Assembly: GCA_045589375.1 (NCBI GenBank)
Contig: JAZNOY010000042.1
Span: forward strand, 101 to 64,100
Direction: 5' to 3'
DNA length: 64,000 nt
From: Acutalibacteraceae bacterium
GTDB lineage: Bacteria; Bacillota; Clostridia; Oscillospirales; Acutalibacteraceae
Numbering within the stretch: the stretch's first letter is position 1; each line of letters begins with the position of its first letter. Position numbers and translations under genes: made by a program. Below the pieces are notes generated by a model. That model did not search any database, was not told where the DNA came from, and was given only the letters and a program-made list of their open reading frames with translations. This document shows positions 45,746-55,953 of the stretch, one piece after another.

Positions 45746-47160
45746 TTCCTTAGCTCCTTTAAAATCTCGCAAATATATTTATAGGTCCGCTCGGTTGAAG
45801 AAATCGAAAGCCGCTCGCGCGGAGTATGAATTTCAAACAAATCAGGACCGATTGAAACGGCATCAAGCCCACTGATTTTTTCGCTTATTATTCCACACTC
45901 AAGACCTGCATGTATCGCCTCAATTATTGGCTTTTTGCCGTAAATTCGGGCAAAGACCTCGACCATTTTTTCTCGCAGGGGTGATTGCTTGCGATATTCC
46001 CAAGCGGGATAATGCCCGTAGCTTGAGCATTTTCCGCCAAGGCTTAAAGCAAATTCCTCAAGTTCTTTTATAAGCCTCTGCTTTTCTGTCCCTACAGAGC
46101 TCCTCACCGCAAACGAGGCCTTAAGGCAATCGTTATCGACAAAAAGTATCCCCAGGTTAAGCGAGGTTTCAACAAGGCCTTCTATATCTCTGCTCATCGC
46201 CTGAACGCCATTCGGAACGGCGTTTAAAAATTTAATTATCCTTTGCGATGCTTCGGCGCTGAAGCAGGATTCGTTTTCTACCCTTTTGACCGTTAAGTTA
46301 AGACCGCTATCGGTAGGAATTCTATTGCCTTTCAAAAACGACTCAATTTTTGCCTCGATATTCTCGTTTGTTGAAACAATACACTCGCTTAAAACAGGAA
46401 TGGCGTTATCCTTTAAGCCGCCCTTTATATCGGCAATTCTTATATCATCAAACTGCTTTAAAAACCTACCCAAGGCTATATTTGAATTAAGCCTACCCTT
46501 ATTAATTTCAACGCCTGAATGTCCTCCTATAAGACCATCAAGTGTAATTTTAAAGCACTCTAAGCTTTCGCTTTCTCTTTGTAGCGGAATTTCTATTTCT
46601 GCCCTTGCGCCGCCCGCACAGCTAACGGTTAAAACACCCTCGTTTTCAGAGTCAATATTTATAAGCATTTTACCGCTAAGCAGTGAGGCGTCAAAGCCAT
46701 CTGCACCAAACATTCCCGTTTCCTCATCAACGGTAAAAAGCGCCTCAATCGGAGGGTGAGGAAGCTGTTTATCGGCAAGTATCGAAAGAATCATCGCAAC
46801 CGCAATTCCATCATCGCCGCCTAAGGTAGTGCCATCTGCAAAAACAAAATCATCCTCCGTTTTAAGCCGAAGCCCATCCTTTAAAAAATCAATATCCGAG
46901 CCTTCATCCTTTTCGCAAACCATATCGAGATGTCCCTGCAAAATCACAGCAGGACAACCCTCATATCCTTTTGAAGCAGGCTTTTTGATTATAATATTAT
47001 TGAGCTCATCTTGGTTATACCAAAGTGAATTTTTCTCAGCAAAGCGAACGCAATAATCGCTGATTTCCCTTGTATTGCCCGAGCCGTGAGGTATCGCGCA
47101 TATATCCTCAAAATATGAAAACACATCCAAAGGTCTTGAGCTTTCTAAAATTCTCGACAT
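45742..47160 (-). CDS. pepD: aminoacyl-histidine dipeptidase (M20C, PepD)
   Basis: PepD blocks are FEDICAIPHGSGN, LQGHLDMV, GGDDGIAVA and VDEETGM. Confidence 0.9.
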   Translation of the reverse strand: MSRILESSRPLDVFSYFEDICAIPHGSGNTREISDYCVRFAEKNSLWYNQDELNNIIIKKPASKGYEGCPAVILQGHLDMVCEKDEGSDIDFLKDGLRLKTEDDFVFADGTTLGGDDGIAVAMILSILADKQLPHPPIEALFTVDEETGMFGADGFDASLLSGKMLINIDSENEGVLTVSCAGGARAEIEIPLQRESESLECFKITLDGLIGGHSGVEINKGRLNSNIALGRFLKQFDDIRIADIKGGLKDNAIPVLSECIVSTNENIEAKIESFLKGNRIPTDSGLNLTVKRVENESCFSAEASQRIIKFLNAVPNGVQAMSRDIEGLVETSLNLGILFVDNDCLKASFAVRSSVGTEKQRLIKELEEFALSLGGKCSSYGHYPAWEYRKQSPLREKMVEVFARIYGKKPIIEAIHAGLECGIISEKISGLDAVSIGPDLFEIHTPRERLSISSTERTYKYICEILKELRK

Positions 47161-47166
47161 TTTTCT

Positions 47167-48438
47167 TCACACCTTACTCTTACGATGCTTTATAAGCTTA
47201 TACAGCTCCTCGGCGGCAAAGCGCACCTTTAAAACAGGCGCCCGCTCCTTCGGGAAGCAATAATAAAGTCTTTTACTATCACCTATTCCGATAACATCAC
47301 CGATTTCATACCAAAAATAATCGGCGTTTAGGGTATACGAGGAAATAGGCGCTTGAGAATATTCAAGGCTGTTGCCGCAGCCTGTTAGACTAAATCCGTT
47401 TTCATTATGAACGAGTCTGCCCTCGCCCACCGAATAAAGCGCTTTATGGTCTGCAATTACCTTTATATCGACAGGCACATCAAGACAATACTCACCCCGC
47501 GTTATCTCCTCTATTACGCACTGCCTTTCCCAATTATACCAATCGGGAATATGCTCAAACTCGGTTTCACCGCGGTCGGCTTTAAGACGGCCGTATATAT
47601 CAAGGGTATAGCTTTTTTTGCAATCCTTACAAAAAAGCTTAATTCCCTCACCCTTCATTCCGCTCTCGCTTTTACAGCTTGGGCATTTATATAAAATGCG
47701 TTCAAGGCCGTCTGCCCGAAAATCCTCGCTTATCGGGGTTTTGGTTTCATATTGGCGAGCAAAAGCGTCAAAGCTAAACTCACCCTTTATGGCCTCGTCT
47801 ATTTCCTCTACCGAAAGCTCTTTCAGCTCCTCGGCAGAAAACAGGCATTTAACGGTTGCGCTGACATTTGTTTTTCGTTTTTGAAGTCCGTTATAAAGCG
47901 GGTCGCGCAAAAACGCGCCCTCTGTTATAACGCTCACCACGGGAACGCCCAGCTTTTTGATTAAAACACCCATTCTTGAAGGGAGCGCCACCGCCCTGCC
48001 CTCAAACGAATAACCTGCCTCGGGATACATTAGAACGCTTGTTTTATTTTTCTTTATGCTATAAAGAATATCCTTTATAAGCGCCGTATCGGTCACAAAC
48101 TTTTTTGTTGGGATACAGCCCATCAGCCGCATAAGCCATTTTTTGCCTATGAGCGCATCGGTTGTGCAAACAATGGCATAGCGCTTAGGGAAAAATATTT
48201 TAGAGGCAATTTTAAGGTCGATAAAGCTTGAATGGTTCATAAGTATAAAATAAGGGCCCTTGCCTGCTTTATCCATATCAATTTTTTTGTATTTAAAGCC
48301 CGTTACTAAAAGCTCGGGTATTGCAAGAATTCTTATTAATGCCGCCAAAATAATATTGGGCTTTAGGGGGTTTTGCCTCCTAGGCGGCTTAATAGCCGCC
48401 ACGCTTTCATAATCCGCAGTAACAGTTTTTATTTTCAT
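47167..48438 (-). CDS. lysophospholipid (PlsC-like) acyltransferase with C-terminal zinc-ribbon domain
   Basis: HX4D motif NHSSFID and a YPEAG block. The C-terminal half has CPSC...CKDC. Confidence 0.7.
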   Translation of the reverse strand: MKIKTVTADYESVAAIKPPRRQNPLKPNIILAALIRILAIPELLVTGFKYKKIDMDKAGKGPYFILMNHSSFIDLKIASKIFFPKRYAIVCTTDALIGKKWLMRLMGCIPTKKFVTDTALIKDILYSIKKNKTSVLMYPEAGYSFEGRAVALPSRMGVLIKKLGVPVVSVITEGAFLRDPLYNGLQKRKTNVSATVKCLFSAEELKELSVEEIDEAIKGEFSFDAFARQYETKTPISEDFRADGLERILYKCPSCKSESGMKGEGIKLFCKDCKKSYTLDIYGRLKADRGETEFEHIPDWYNWERQCVIEEITRGEYCLDVPVDIKVIADHKALYSVGEGRLVHNENGFSLTGCGNSLEYSQAPISSYTLNADYFWYEIGDVIGIGDSKRLYYCFPKERAPVLKVRFAAEELYKLIKHRKSKV

Positions 48439-48455
48439 TTCCCCACCCCTTTAGT

Positions 48456-49349
48456 TTAAACATTTTCATTCATTGCCTTTATAGATGCCGCATACTGCAA
48501 AGGCGAAAGTCCTGTTTTGGCTTTGAATTGCCGCGAAAAATAATGGATATTACTGTATCCGAGCAGCTCGGCAATTTGGGTTACATTATATTCCTTTTCA
48601 CGAAGATACCTCTTTGCAGCCTCGATTTTCAGATTGATAAAATATTCAATTGCACCCATATTAAACCTATTGTTAAAAAGGTTTATAATTGTTGTTCGGT
48701 TAGAGCCGCTATATAAGACCAATTCGCCAAGCGTTAACGAACGATTTAGATTTTCTTTCATATAAGCTACTATTCCATCTAAAACATTATCAAACGAATC
48801 GAGCGAAATCATAGGGCTCTTGACACTAGCATCCGCGTTTGCACGCATAAACGAAAACAAAAGCTCACAGATATACATACAAATAAGCTGCTCCGAGCCT
48901 ATTATTGCCGTTTCCTTTCTTTGAAGGCGCGTGGTGTTTATATCATTAAGCGGTGTTGAAAACGCGTTTTTATACTCTCTTATGATATTTGAAATTATGT
49001 TTTTTTGAGCATCATTTACAGAGAAGCTACTATCGCAAAAAAACTCCATCGCTTTTGAAACACTCTCAAAGCTCACTATCGCAACATTTGCCACCACGCC
49101 TCCCGCTTTGATATTATGCCATTCACAAGGCTTATGAAAAACGATTTCCCCTGAACGCATAACCCTTTCGCCATCTTCGGTAATAACGCATATTTCACCC
49201 GCATCAACATAAACGAATTCCCAAAAGTTATGAGCCTCGCCCGTGAAGGCAAAATCTGCGGCATATTCAAAATAATGAACGGTAAAAAGGCGATTAATCA
49301 TAATATCGTTTTGAAGCTTTAGTCCGATATACTTATTGATATAATTCAC
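48456..49349 (-). CDS. AraC family transcriptional regulator
   Basis: N-terminal cupin and C-terminal HTH pair (YSNIHYFSRQFKAKTGLSP). It is divergent from nahK. Confidence 0.85.
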   Translation of the reverse strand: MNYINKYIGLKLQNDIMINRLFTVHYFEYAADFAFTGEAHNFWEFVYVDAGEICVITEDGERVMRSGEIVFHKPCEWHNIKAGGVVANVAIVSFESVSKAMEFFCDSSFSVNDAQKNIISNIIREYKNAFSTPLNDINTTRLQRKETAIIGSEQLICMYICELLFSFMRANADASVKSPMISLDSFDNVLDGIVAYMKENLNRSLTLGELVLYSGSNRTTIINLFNNRFNMGAIEYFINLKIEAAKRYLREKEYNVTQIAELLGYSNIHYFSRQFKAKTGLSPLQYAASIKAMNENV

Positions 49350-49507
49350 CTTCCCCTAACTATTTTAAAAAATTATAACATATATTTTAAAAATATTCAA
49401 TAGCAGTTATTGTAAATAGTGTAAACAAAATTGCATTAAAGACAAATCTTTCCACGACTTGTTATTATATAATGTTAACCGAAAGAAATTCTTTAAGGGG
49501 GGTTATT

Positions 49508-50581
49508 ATGCCATACGATTTAAAAGAAATTTGTTCTCATTTTGATATTACAACCAATATCGGCTCCTATGGAAACGGTCACATTAACGATACATATTTG
49601 TGCGAAACCGACCCCGGCTTCATTTTGCAAAGGATAAACACCAACATTTTCAAAAACCCCGATGAGCTTATGGAAAACATTTTTAATGTTACCGACCACA
49701 TTAAAGCAAAAATCAAGGCAGCCGGCGGTGATATTAAGCGCGAAACCTTAACCGTTATTAAGACCACCGACAATAAAAACTATTATCGCACGGGTGACGG
49801 CGACTGCTTTAGAATGTATAACTTCATTCAAAACTCGGCAAGCTTCGATACCGCCGAAACGAGCGATTTGCTATATGAGGCCGGCAAGGCCTTCGGCAAA
49901 TTTCAGCGAATGCTTGATGATTTTCCCGCCGATATTCTTCACGAAACCATTGCAAACTTTCACAACACACCCGAGCGCGTAAATCAGCTAAAAAGTGCTA
50001 TTAAAAACGATGCTGCGGGCAGGCTTAGCAGTTTAAAAGCCGAAACCGATTTTGCTTTTGATTACAGCCGCTATGCAGATATGATAACCTCTGCGCTAAA
50101 ATCCGGTGAGGTTCCGCTTCGCGTTACCCATAACGATACCAAGCTTAACAATGTTTTGTTTGATGCCGATACCCTTGAGGGCCTTTGCGTAATCGACCTT
50201 GATACCGTTATGCCGGGCTCTATGCTATATGATTTCGGTGATGCGCTTCGTTTTGGGGCCTCATCTGCCTCAGAGGATGAAACCGAGCTTGATAAGGTTT
50301 GGTTTGACCTTGAAAAATTCGATGCTTTTTCGAAAGGCTTTCTCGGAGAAACGGCCAAATTCTTATCGCTTAAGGAGCTTGAGCTGCTTGCTTATTCTCC
50401 GCTGATTTTAACCTATGAATGCGCAATAAGATTTCTTGCCGATTACCTTAACGGCGATACATATTTCAAGATTCACAAGCCGCTGCACAACCTTCACAGA
50501 GCGCGTAATCAATTCAAGCTTGTAAAGGACATCGAAAGCAAGCTTCCAAAAATAAAGGAAATTATAAATAAGTATTTATAA
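49508..50581 (+). CDS. nahK: N-acetylhexosamine 1-kinase (APH-fold, NahK/LnpB-like)
   Basis: ATG 49508 follows AAGGGGGG. It has long blocks shared with my recollection of Bifidobacterium NahK: GNGHINDTY, LRVTHNDTKLNNVLFD, DLDTVMPGSMLYDFGDALRFGAS and RFLADYLNGD. Confidence 0.8.
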   Translation: MPYDLKEICSHFDITTNIGSYGNGHINDTYLCETDPGFILQRINTNIFKNPDELMENIFNVTDHIKAKIKAAGGDIKRETLTVIKTTDNKNYYRTGDGDCFRMYNFIQNSASFDTAETSDLLYEAGKAFGKFQRMLDDFPADILHETIANFHNTPERVNQLKSAIKNDAAGRLSSLKAETDFAFDYSRYADMITSALKSGEVPLRVTHNDTKLNNVLFDADTLEGLCVIDLDTVMPGSMLYDFGDALRFGASSASEDETELDKVWFDLEKFDAFSKGFLGETAKFLSLKELELLAYSPLILTYECAIRFLADYLNGDTYFKIHKPLHNLHRARNQFKLVKDIESKLPKIKEIINKYL

Positions 50582-50583
50582 CA

Positions 50584-50615
50584 AAAACTCTGCTGAATTT
50601 TCAGCAGAGTTTTTT
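50584..50615. terminator. bidirectional intrinsic terminator between nahK and the end of the 11-gene operon
   Basis: 13-bp stem aaaactctgctga/tcagcagagtttt with T and A runs. Confidence 0.8.
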
Positions 50616-50632
50616 ACTGTGTTAAATTAATC

Positions 50633-52315
50633 CTAATCTATGTTTTCAAAATGAATTCGCTTATCACAAATGCTTAAAGCGGCTTCGCGGTGGGTTATAA
50701 TAAGCACCGTGCGATTTGTCATAGAGCGTATATTCTTTAAAAGCTGTTCCTCGGTTGGTGCATCGAGCGCACTCGTTGCCTCGTCTAAAAGAAGAATCGG
50801 ACGCTCTGAGAGGATTGCTCTTGCAACCGAGAGGCGTTGCATTTGTCCTTCAGACAAGCCGCTTCCGCGTTCGCCTAAAATGGTATCCAATCCGTTTGGA
50901 AGCTCATCCACAAAGCCATCTGCACAAGCAATTTTAAGCGCTTGATAAAGCTTTTCCTCCTGCTTCATTAAATCGGGGTCGGAAAAGGTTATGGTTTCGC
51001 GAATGGTTCCCGAAATTAATTGGTTACCCTGCGGAACATAAGCAAACAGACCGCGCCAAGAAGCATTAAGGCTATGGCGAGAGCCATCGGTATTTTGCAA
51101 ATAAGCGTTTCCGCTATCCAAAGGATATAAATTAAGCAAAAGCTTAAGAGCGGTGCTTTTGCCGCAACCCGATTCACCCGTAAAGGCAATAAACTCGCCC
51201 TTATGAATATCTAAATTAAGGTTTTTAAGCACCTTTTCATTTTCGTTTTCATAAGCAAAGCAGGCGTTTTCAAGACCTACAGAATAAAACTGCTCGTCAT
51301 AATATTTGTGAATTTCTCCCTGCCCTATGGGGAATGCCGCAACACCCGACTCAAAGTCTTCAATCTCAATTAATCGCTCTGCGCTTGCGAGCATTGAGTA
51401 ATATTGCGAAATATAAGAGGATATCATGGCCATCGGAGTTTCGAGCATATTAATCAAATATAATATTGAGGACATCGTTCCGTAGCTCATAAGGCCGTTT
51501 AAAATTCCAAAGCCGCACAAGCCGACACCGAGAACCTGCGCGCCGTTCATAGCAATGCTCAGGGCGGTGTGGCTTAAATTTACAAAGTGAAAACGGCGCA
51601 TACGGGTTGCAATATAGTTATCCGTATGCTTTTTACCCAACTCCTCAGAGGCCTTTTCCTGTGTAAAGGAGCGAACAACCAACAGGCTATATAAACGTTC
51701 CTGCATAAAGGAACGGGCTACACCGTCTGCCTGCTGGGCTTTCTTATGATGAAGCTTAATTTTTTTGCGGAAAAAGTAAGAAAAAAGAACCATTAATAAG
51801 CTGCAGGGCAATAAAATATAAACGAGCCTCGGAGCAAAATTGAGCAGCGCAATCAAGGCGCCAACCATACGCACTAAAGCACCTGCAAGCTCAGGAAGAA
51901 TGGTGGCAACTGCCCTTGAAATAACCGCGGTATCAGAGATAATGCGGTTCATCCACTCGCCCGTGTGGGTTTGAGTGATTTTTGCATAATCACGATGAAG
52001 CAGCTCGGAGAAGGTATGTGTTCGAAAGGCTCTATCTAACAAGGAGAAGCTTTTTTCGGATATGTATCTGCCTAAAGATTGAATAACCACCGTAAATACT
52101 ACAAGGGCTATAAAAAAGGCAAGATGGCTATAAAACGCATCACTTATGCCGGCGGCCGCTTGGTCAACAACGCTACCGAGCGCATAGGCATATAAAATAC
52201 AGGTATATCCCTGAACTATGCGAACAAGCATTAATAGTGCCGTCCACCATAATGTTTTGCCCGATACATTAAAAATCCATTTTAAAATTAAACGGTCTTT
52301 TTTATCCATCAGCAT
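50633..52315 (-). CDS. ABC exporter, fused 6-TM permease and ATPase (MsbA/half-transporter type)
   Basis: N-terminal TMD. NBD with GESGCGKST, LSEGQMQR and LLLDEATSALD. Its ATG abuts the stop of the upstream gene. Confidence 0.85.
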   Translation of the reverse strand: MLMDKKDRLILKWIFNVSGKTLWWTALLMLVRIVQGYTCILYAYALGSVVDQAAAGISDAFYSHLAFFIALVVFTVVIQSLGRYISEKSFSLLDRAFRTHTFSELLHRDYAKITQTHTGEWMNRIISDTAVISRAVATILPELAGALVRMVGALIALLNFAPRLVYILLPCSLLMVLFSYFFRKKIKLHHKKAQQADGVARSFMQERLYSLLVVRSFTQEKASEELGKKHTDNYIATRMRRFHFVNLSHTALSIAMNGAQVLGVGLCGFGILNGLMSYGTMSSILYLINMLETPMAMISSYISQYYSMLASAERLIEIEDFESGVAAFPIGQGEIHKYYDEQFYSVGLENACFAYENENEKVLKNLNLDIHKGEFIAFTGESGCGKSTALKLLLNLYPLDSGNAYLQNTDGSRHSLNASWRGLFAYVPQGNQLISGTIRETITFSDPDLMKQEEKLYQALKIACADGFVDELPNGLDTILGERGSGLSEGQMQRLSVARAILSERPILLLDEATSALDAPTEEQLLKNIRSMTNRTVLIITHREAALSICDKRIHFENID

Positions 52316-53407
52316 CTACCCTCCGTATTTTTTCAAAATTAAAGGAATATTGCAGCTACCCGTTTCGTTTTTGCATTGAAAATCACGAAACAGCAGCTTT
52401 CGTAAAATCGTTTCCTTCGCAGGCTCTCGCAAAGCCACCTGCTCGGCAGGCTCTCTTTCGCTTTCGATAACCAACGCATTAGCGCGGATTTTTTCTATTA
52501 ACTCCTTGCCCTTATTTGTTCTCGCGATAACCAACGAGGTGCCCATTCCATCAGCCAATTCGGGCTTAAAGTTTTCAACACCCCAATAGTCACCGATAGT
52601 CAGGTCAAAGGGCAGCTCCCAATGGGTATAAGGGCATTGGTAACAGCTCGGTCGAAGTGTAATACATTTCATATAAAGTCTGCTAAAAGGGTCGTTGCCC
52701 ATTGAAACGGCATATTCTTGGTTATCAACGGTATAAGCAACGGTATGCCCATCGTTTTTAATCCTTTTATCCCTAAAGCAGTAATTTTCAAGTTTTTTAT
52801 CGCCTTTAATATGGGAAACATAATCTCTCCACAAGCCGGGCGATTGCACACCACGGCAAATAAGTGCCGCCAAAATTAAATTCGAGGAGGGCTTTCCGAT
52901 AAATCTGCGAACACCGTCGCATTGACAGGGCGTTCCTGTAAAAAGCACCTTTTTGCCCGCCTTTAAAGACTCGCTTATTTGAGAATAAATACCCGTAAGC
53001 TCGCTTTGAACATATTTGGATTTTCTCATTCTTGAAATATCGTTTGAGAGAATATGACGAACATTAAAGTCCTCATCAAAAGCCGCACCGCAAACCAAGC
53101 CGCCCGCCGAAATTATCTCATCGGCAAAAAGCGAAAATGCACCGCCCGAGGAGCTTTTCTTTAAAAGCTCGGTATCATTGCAGCGCACGGCATAGGCGCT
53201 ACCATCGAGCTGTTCGAGGGGATTATTAGCAGGACAAGCCTCTTTGCAAGCACCGCACTGTGTGCATAGCTCGTTATTAATCGAAGGATAAATAAAGCCC
53301 TCGGCATCCTCTATCATAGAAATAGCATTATTAGGGCAAACGGCACAACACGCACCACAGCCAAAGCACTCGGATTTTTTATTTATTAACTGTATCATCG
53401 AGGGCAA
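52316..53407 (-). CDS. coenzyme F420 hydrogenase/dehydrogenase beta-subunit (FrhB)-like Fe-S flavoprotein
   Basis: Two N-terminal ferredoxin motifs (CFGCGACCAVCP, CTQCGACKEACP) followed by an FrhB_FdhB-like body. This type is usually a partner of pyruvyl transferases. Its start overlaps the upstream gene by up to 29 nt. Confidence 0.72.
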   Translation of the reverse strand: MPSMIQLINKKSECFGCGACCAVCPNNAISMIEDAEGFIYPSINNELCTQCGACKEACPANNPLEQLDGSAYAVRCNDTELLKKSSSGGAFSLFADEIISAGGLVCGAAFDEDFNVRHILSNDISRMRKSKYVQSELTGIYSQISESLKAGKKVLFTGTPCQCDGVRRFIGKPSSNLILAALICRGVQSPGLWRDYVSHIKGDKKLENYCFRDKRIKNDGHTVAYTVDNQEYAVSMGNDPFSRLYMKCITLRPSCYQCPYTHWELPFDLTIGDYWGVENFKPELADGMGTSLVIARTNKGKELIEKIRANALVIESEREPAEQVALREPAKETILRKLLFRDFQCKNETGSCNIPLILKKYGG

Positions 53408-54428
53408 TTCTCCTTAGATATGAAATAGATGAAGCCTTGCGCTCGTCCATAAGGCACCAAAGCTCTTCGTAGTTCGGCGAAACCACGGTTTCTAAAGCGG
53501 AAGATAGCCCTAAAAAGCTTAACATTTCATCAAGTCTTCCGTTGCGGGTGCTAAGCTCCCCTGTAAGCCTTTTTATATGGAAGCTTCTACCGAATATCAT
53601 TGAAAAAACCATACCGTGAAAGGAATTGGTGAACACGCTTTGCGCGTTACGAATTAAGCCGAGCCATTCGGTAACACCCGTAGTGTTCCAAGCGCTCATG
53701 CCTACCTGCGGCATAAAAGCGGCAGTAACAATACGAAGCGGCAGGCCTTGGCTTTCGGCCTCTTTACGAGCCCTTGCCAACAGCTCCTCGTCATACTTGA
53801 GAAGGAACAACAGAATATAGGGCTCTAAATCGGTCTTTTGCGTCAGTTTCTCCCAATCCTGCCTATCTAATAACAGTGTTGGGTCTAAGCATACCTCGGC
53901 GTCTTTTCCCGTTAAAGCCTTTACTATCTGACAGCCGCTCGCCTCTCTAACCGATATATTCTTAAATTTTGAAAGCTGGTCTGCTGCCCAAGCCTTTGCC
54001 TTTTCGGGTAGGTCATCTGCACCGAAGCTTGCGGCATAGCTATTGCGCTTTTGGCTCTTGGCAAAAGGCAGAAAATAGCGCGCATCGGCGCCGGGAATTC
54101 TAAAATTCCAAATCTGGTCGCTACCTGCTATAAAGCAGTCATAATCATTATCTATAGGCTCTGCCGGTTGATACGGGCGGGAAATTTTCATATATTTCTG
54201 CCTAAAGTCTTCAAAAAGAGCCTCGCGTTTTTTGCTTTCCGCCTGTATTTTACGAGCAAAAATAGCAGCCGCACCGACAGCAGCCTCTGCCCCGGTGTTT
54301 CCCTTCGGCATTTCGATTTGCACGAATTGACTTTCCTTACCCAGCTTTAAGAGGGTTTGCTGCAGAGCATAAGCCTGCAACACTGCACCATAGCTATCTG
54401 CCTCGTGGAAGGTTAAAATTCCAATCAT
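53379..54428 (-). CDS. polysaccharide pyruvyl transferase family protein
   Basis: N-terminal GILTFHEADSYGAVLQAYALQ is a signature of this family. About 350 aa. Confidence 0.78.
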   Translation of the reverse strand: MIGILTFHEADSYGAVLQAYALQQTLLKLGKESQFVQIEMPKGNTGAEAAVGAAAIFARKIQAESKKREALFEDFRQKYMKISRPYQPAEPIDNDYDCFIAGSDQIWNFRIPGADARYFLPFAKSQKRNSYAASFGADDLPEKAKAWAADQLSKFKNISVREASGCQIVKALTGKDAEVCLDPTLLLDRQDWEKLTQKTDLEPYILLFLLKYDEELLARARKEAESQGLPLRIVTAAFMPQVGMSAWNTTGVTEWLGLIRNAQSVFTNSFHGMVFSMIFGRSFHIKRLTGELSTRNGRLDEMLSFLGLSSALETVVSPNYEELWCLMDERKASSISYLRRIALDDTVNK

Positions 54429-55276
54429 TATTCCATTTCCTTTCTTGCTCGCTGCGCAGCACTCGACAGTAAAAGCCCTCTTTTTTGTCGCTCTAAGGCT
54501 TGTATGAGTGCGGTATAGTGCGCTTTATCACAATCACAATGCTCTAAAATCGCCAGTCTAAGCGCGGTGAAATTTTCAATGCGCTGTAAATTCTCCCTAT
54601 ACGAACGGCTACGACTGGAATGACCGGTATGTCTGCGGCAATAGGTATGTAACTTTTCATCCAAATAGCCACATTCGCTTCTGCTCGCCGAGGGTAATAA
54701 AAGCTGTAGATTTTGTCCCTCGGGAGATTCCGGCATTTTTTTACTTGGATAGCCCTTAAAAAACAACTCGGTTCTTATCATATAACAGCCGGCATAGCAA
54801 TAGGTTTTATCTAAAATTAGCTCTTCAAAGATATTATTTTGACTGCGGTCGGCTTCCAATGCACTTTCGCCTAATATGACATTTTTATCGGCATCCATAA
54901 CAATTCCGTTGCTTCTAACCATTCCCACATCAGTGTGGTTTAAAAGCCAAAGTGCCTTTTTTTCTATGCTATCATAAGAAAGCAGGTCATCGGCATCGCA
55001 CCAAGTGAAAAACTCACCCGTAATAAGCGGAAGCGCGGCATTCATTGCGGCGGCCTGTCCTTTATGTGAGCAAAAAAGCAATTTAACGGAAATTCCCGCC
55101 GCTTCTAAACGCACCTTATAGTCCCTCAAACAAGCCGCCGAGTCATCGGTAGAGCCATCGTCTACCAAAATAACCTCTAACGGTCGCCAGGTTTGTTGCT
55201 CTAAGCAATTTAGGAAGTCCTTTAAATAAGGCATTGAATTGAACACAGGAGCAGCCAAGGTTACAAGTGGTTTCAT
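54428..55276 (-). CDS. glycosyltransferase family 2
   Basis: GT-A N-terminus (LAAPVFNSMPYL...ILVDDGSTDDS) and a DAD motif (CDADDLL). Confidence 0.85.
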   Translation of the reverse strand: MKPLVTLAAPVFNSMPYLKDFLNCLEQQTWRPLEVILVDDGSTDDSAACLRDYKVRLEAAGISVKLLFCSHKGQAAAMNAALPLITGEFFTWCDADDLLSYDSIEKKALWLLNHTDVGMVRSNGIVMDADKNVILGESALEADRSQNNIFEELILDKTYCYAGCYMIRTELFFKGYPSKKMPESPEGQNLQLLLPSASRSECGYLDEKLHTYCRRHTGHSSRSRSYRENLQRIENFTALRLAILEHCDCDKAHYTALIQALERQKRGLLLSSAAQRARKEME

Positions 55277-55938
55277 TCCTTTTTCATTCGCTTTCTGAGC
55301 AATGCGGCATAGTTTGCCATCTCTTGCTTTGGTTGAACTCGACCTGTATTGGTCAAATGAAGTCTTCTTTTTAAAGTAACCGTTTGAATTTGCGCCGTTT
55401 TAATACCCGAATCCCTTAGCTTTAACAGCCAAGCAACCGTTTCGCCGCTTTTCATCGTGGCATCAAAAAGGCCTATCGTATCAAAAATGCGCCGCTTTAT
55501 TAAGCTACAGCCGGGCAGAACACCGGCATAGCTACCGCTCCGAGGGCACAGCTCGGCCTTTTGGGAATCGGTAAGCTCGGGAGAAATAAAATCCTCAGCC
55601 ATAGCAAAAACAGCATCGACCTCTTCTGAAAGGGCACAATACATAGCATCTAATGCGCCGGGGGTTAGCTCATCATCGGCATCGAGCAACAAAACAAGCT
55701 CGCCTTTAGCAACACCGAGTCCCGCATTTCGCGCCGATGCCGCGCCGCCTTGGTGCTTTTTCAAAAGCTCTACGCCTAATTCCTTTGCCACACTCGCGGT
55801 GCCATCGGTAGAGCCATCATCAATCACTATGATTTCCATTTCGCCCTGCCAATTTTGCCCTCTTGCAGAAGCGACCGCCTTTTCGAGATATTTTTCCGCC
55901 TGATGCGCGGGAATTATAACAGATAAACTTGGTAACAT
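55273..55938 (-). CDS. glycosyltransferase family 2
   Basis: LSVIIPAHQAEKYL...IVIDDGSTDGT and LLLDADDEL. Confidence 0.85.
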   Translation of the reverse strand: MLPSLSVIIPAHQAEKYLEKAVASARGQNWQGEMEIIVIDDGSTDGTASVAKELGVELLKKHQGGAASARNAGLGVAKGELVLLLDADDELTPGALDAMYCALSEEVDAVFAMAEDFISPELTDSQKAELCPRSGSYAGVLPGCSLIKRRIFDTIGLFDATMKSGETVAWLLKLRDSGIKTAQIQTVTLKRRLHLTNTGRVQPKQEMANYAALLRKRMKKE

Positions 55939-55953
55939 AAAATTCTTCCTAAC

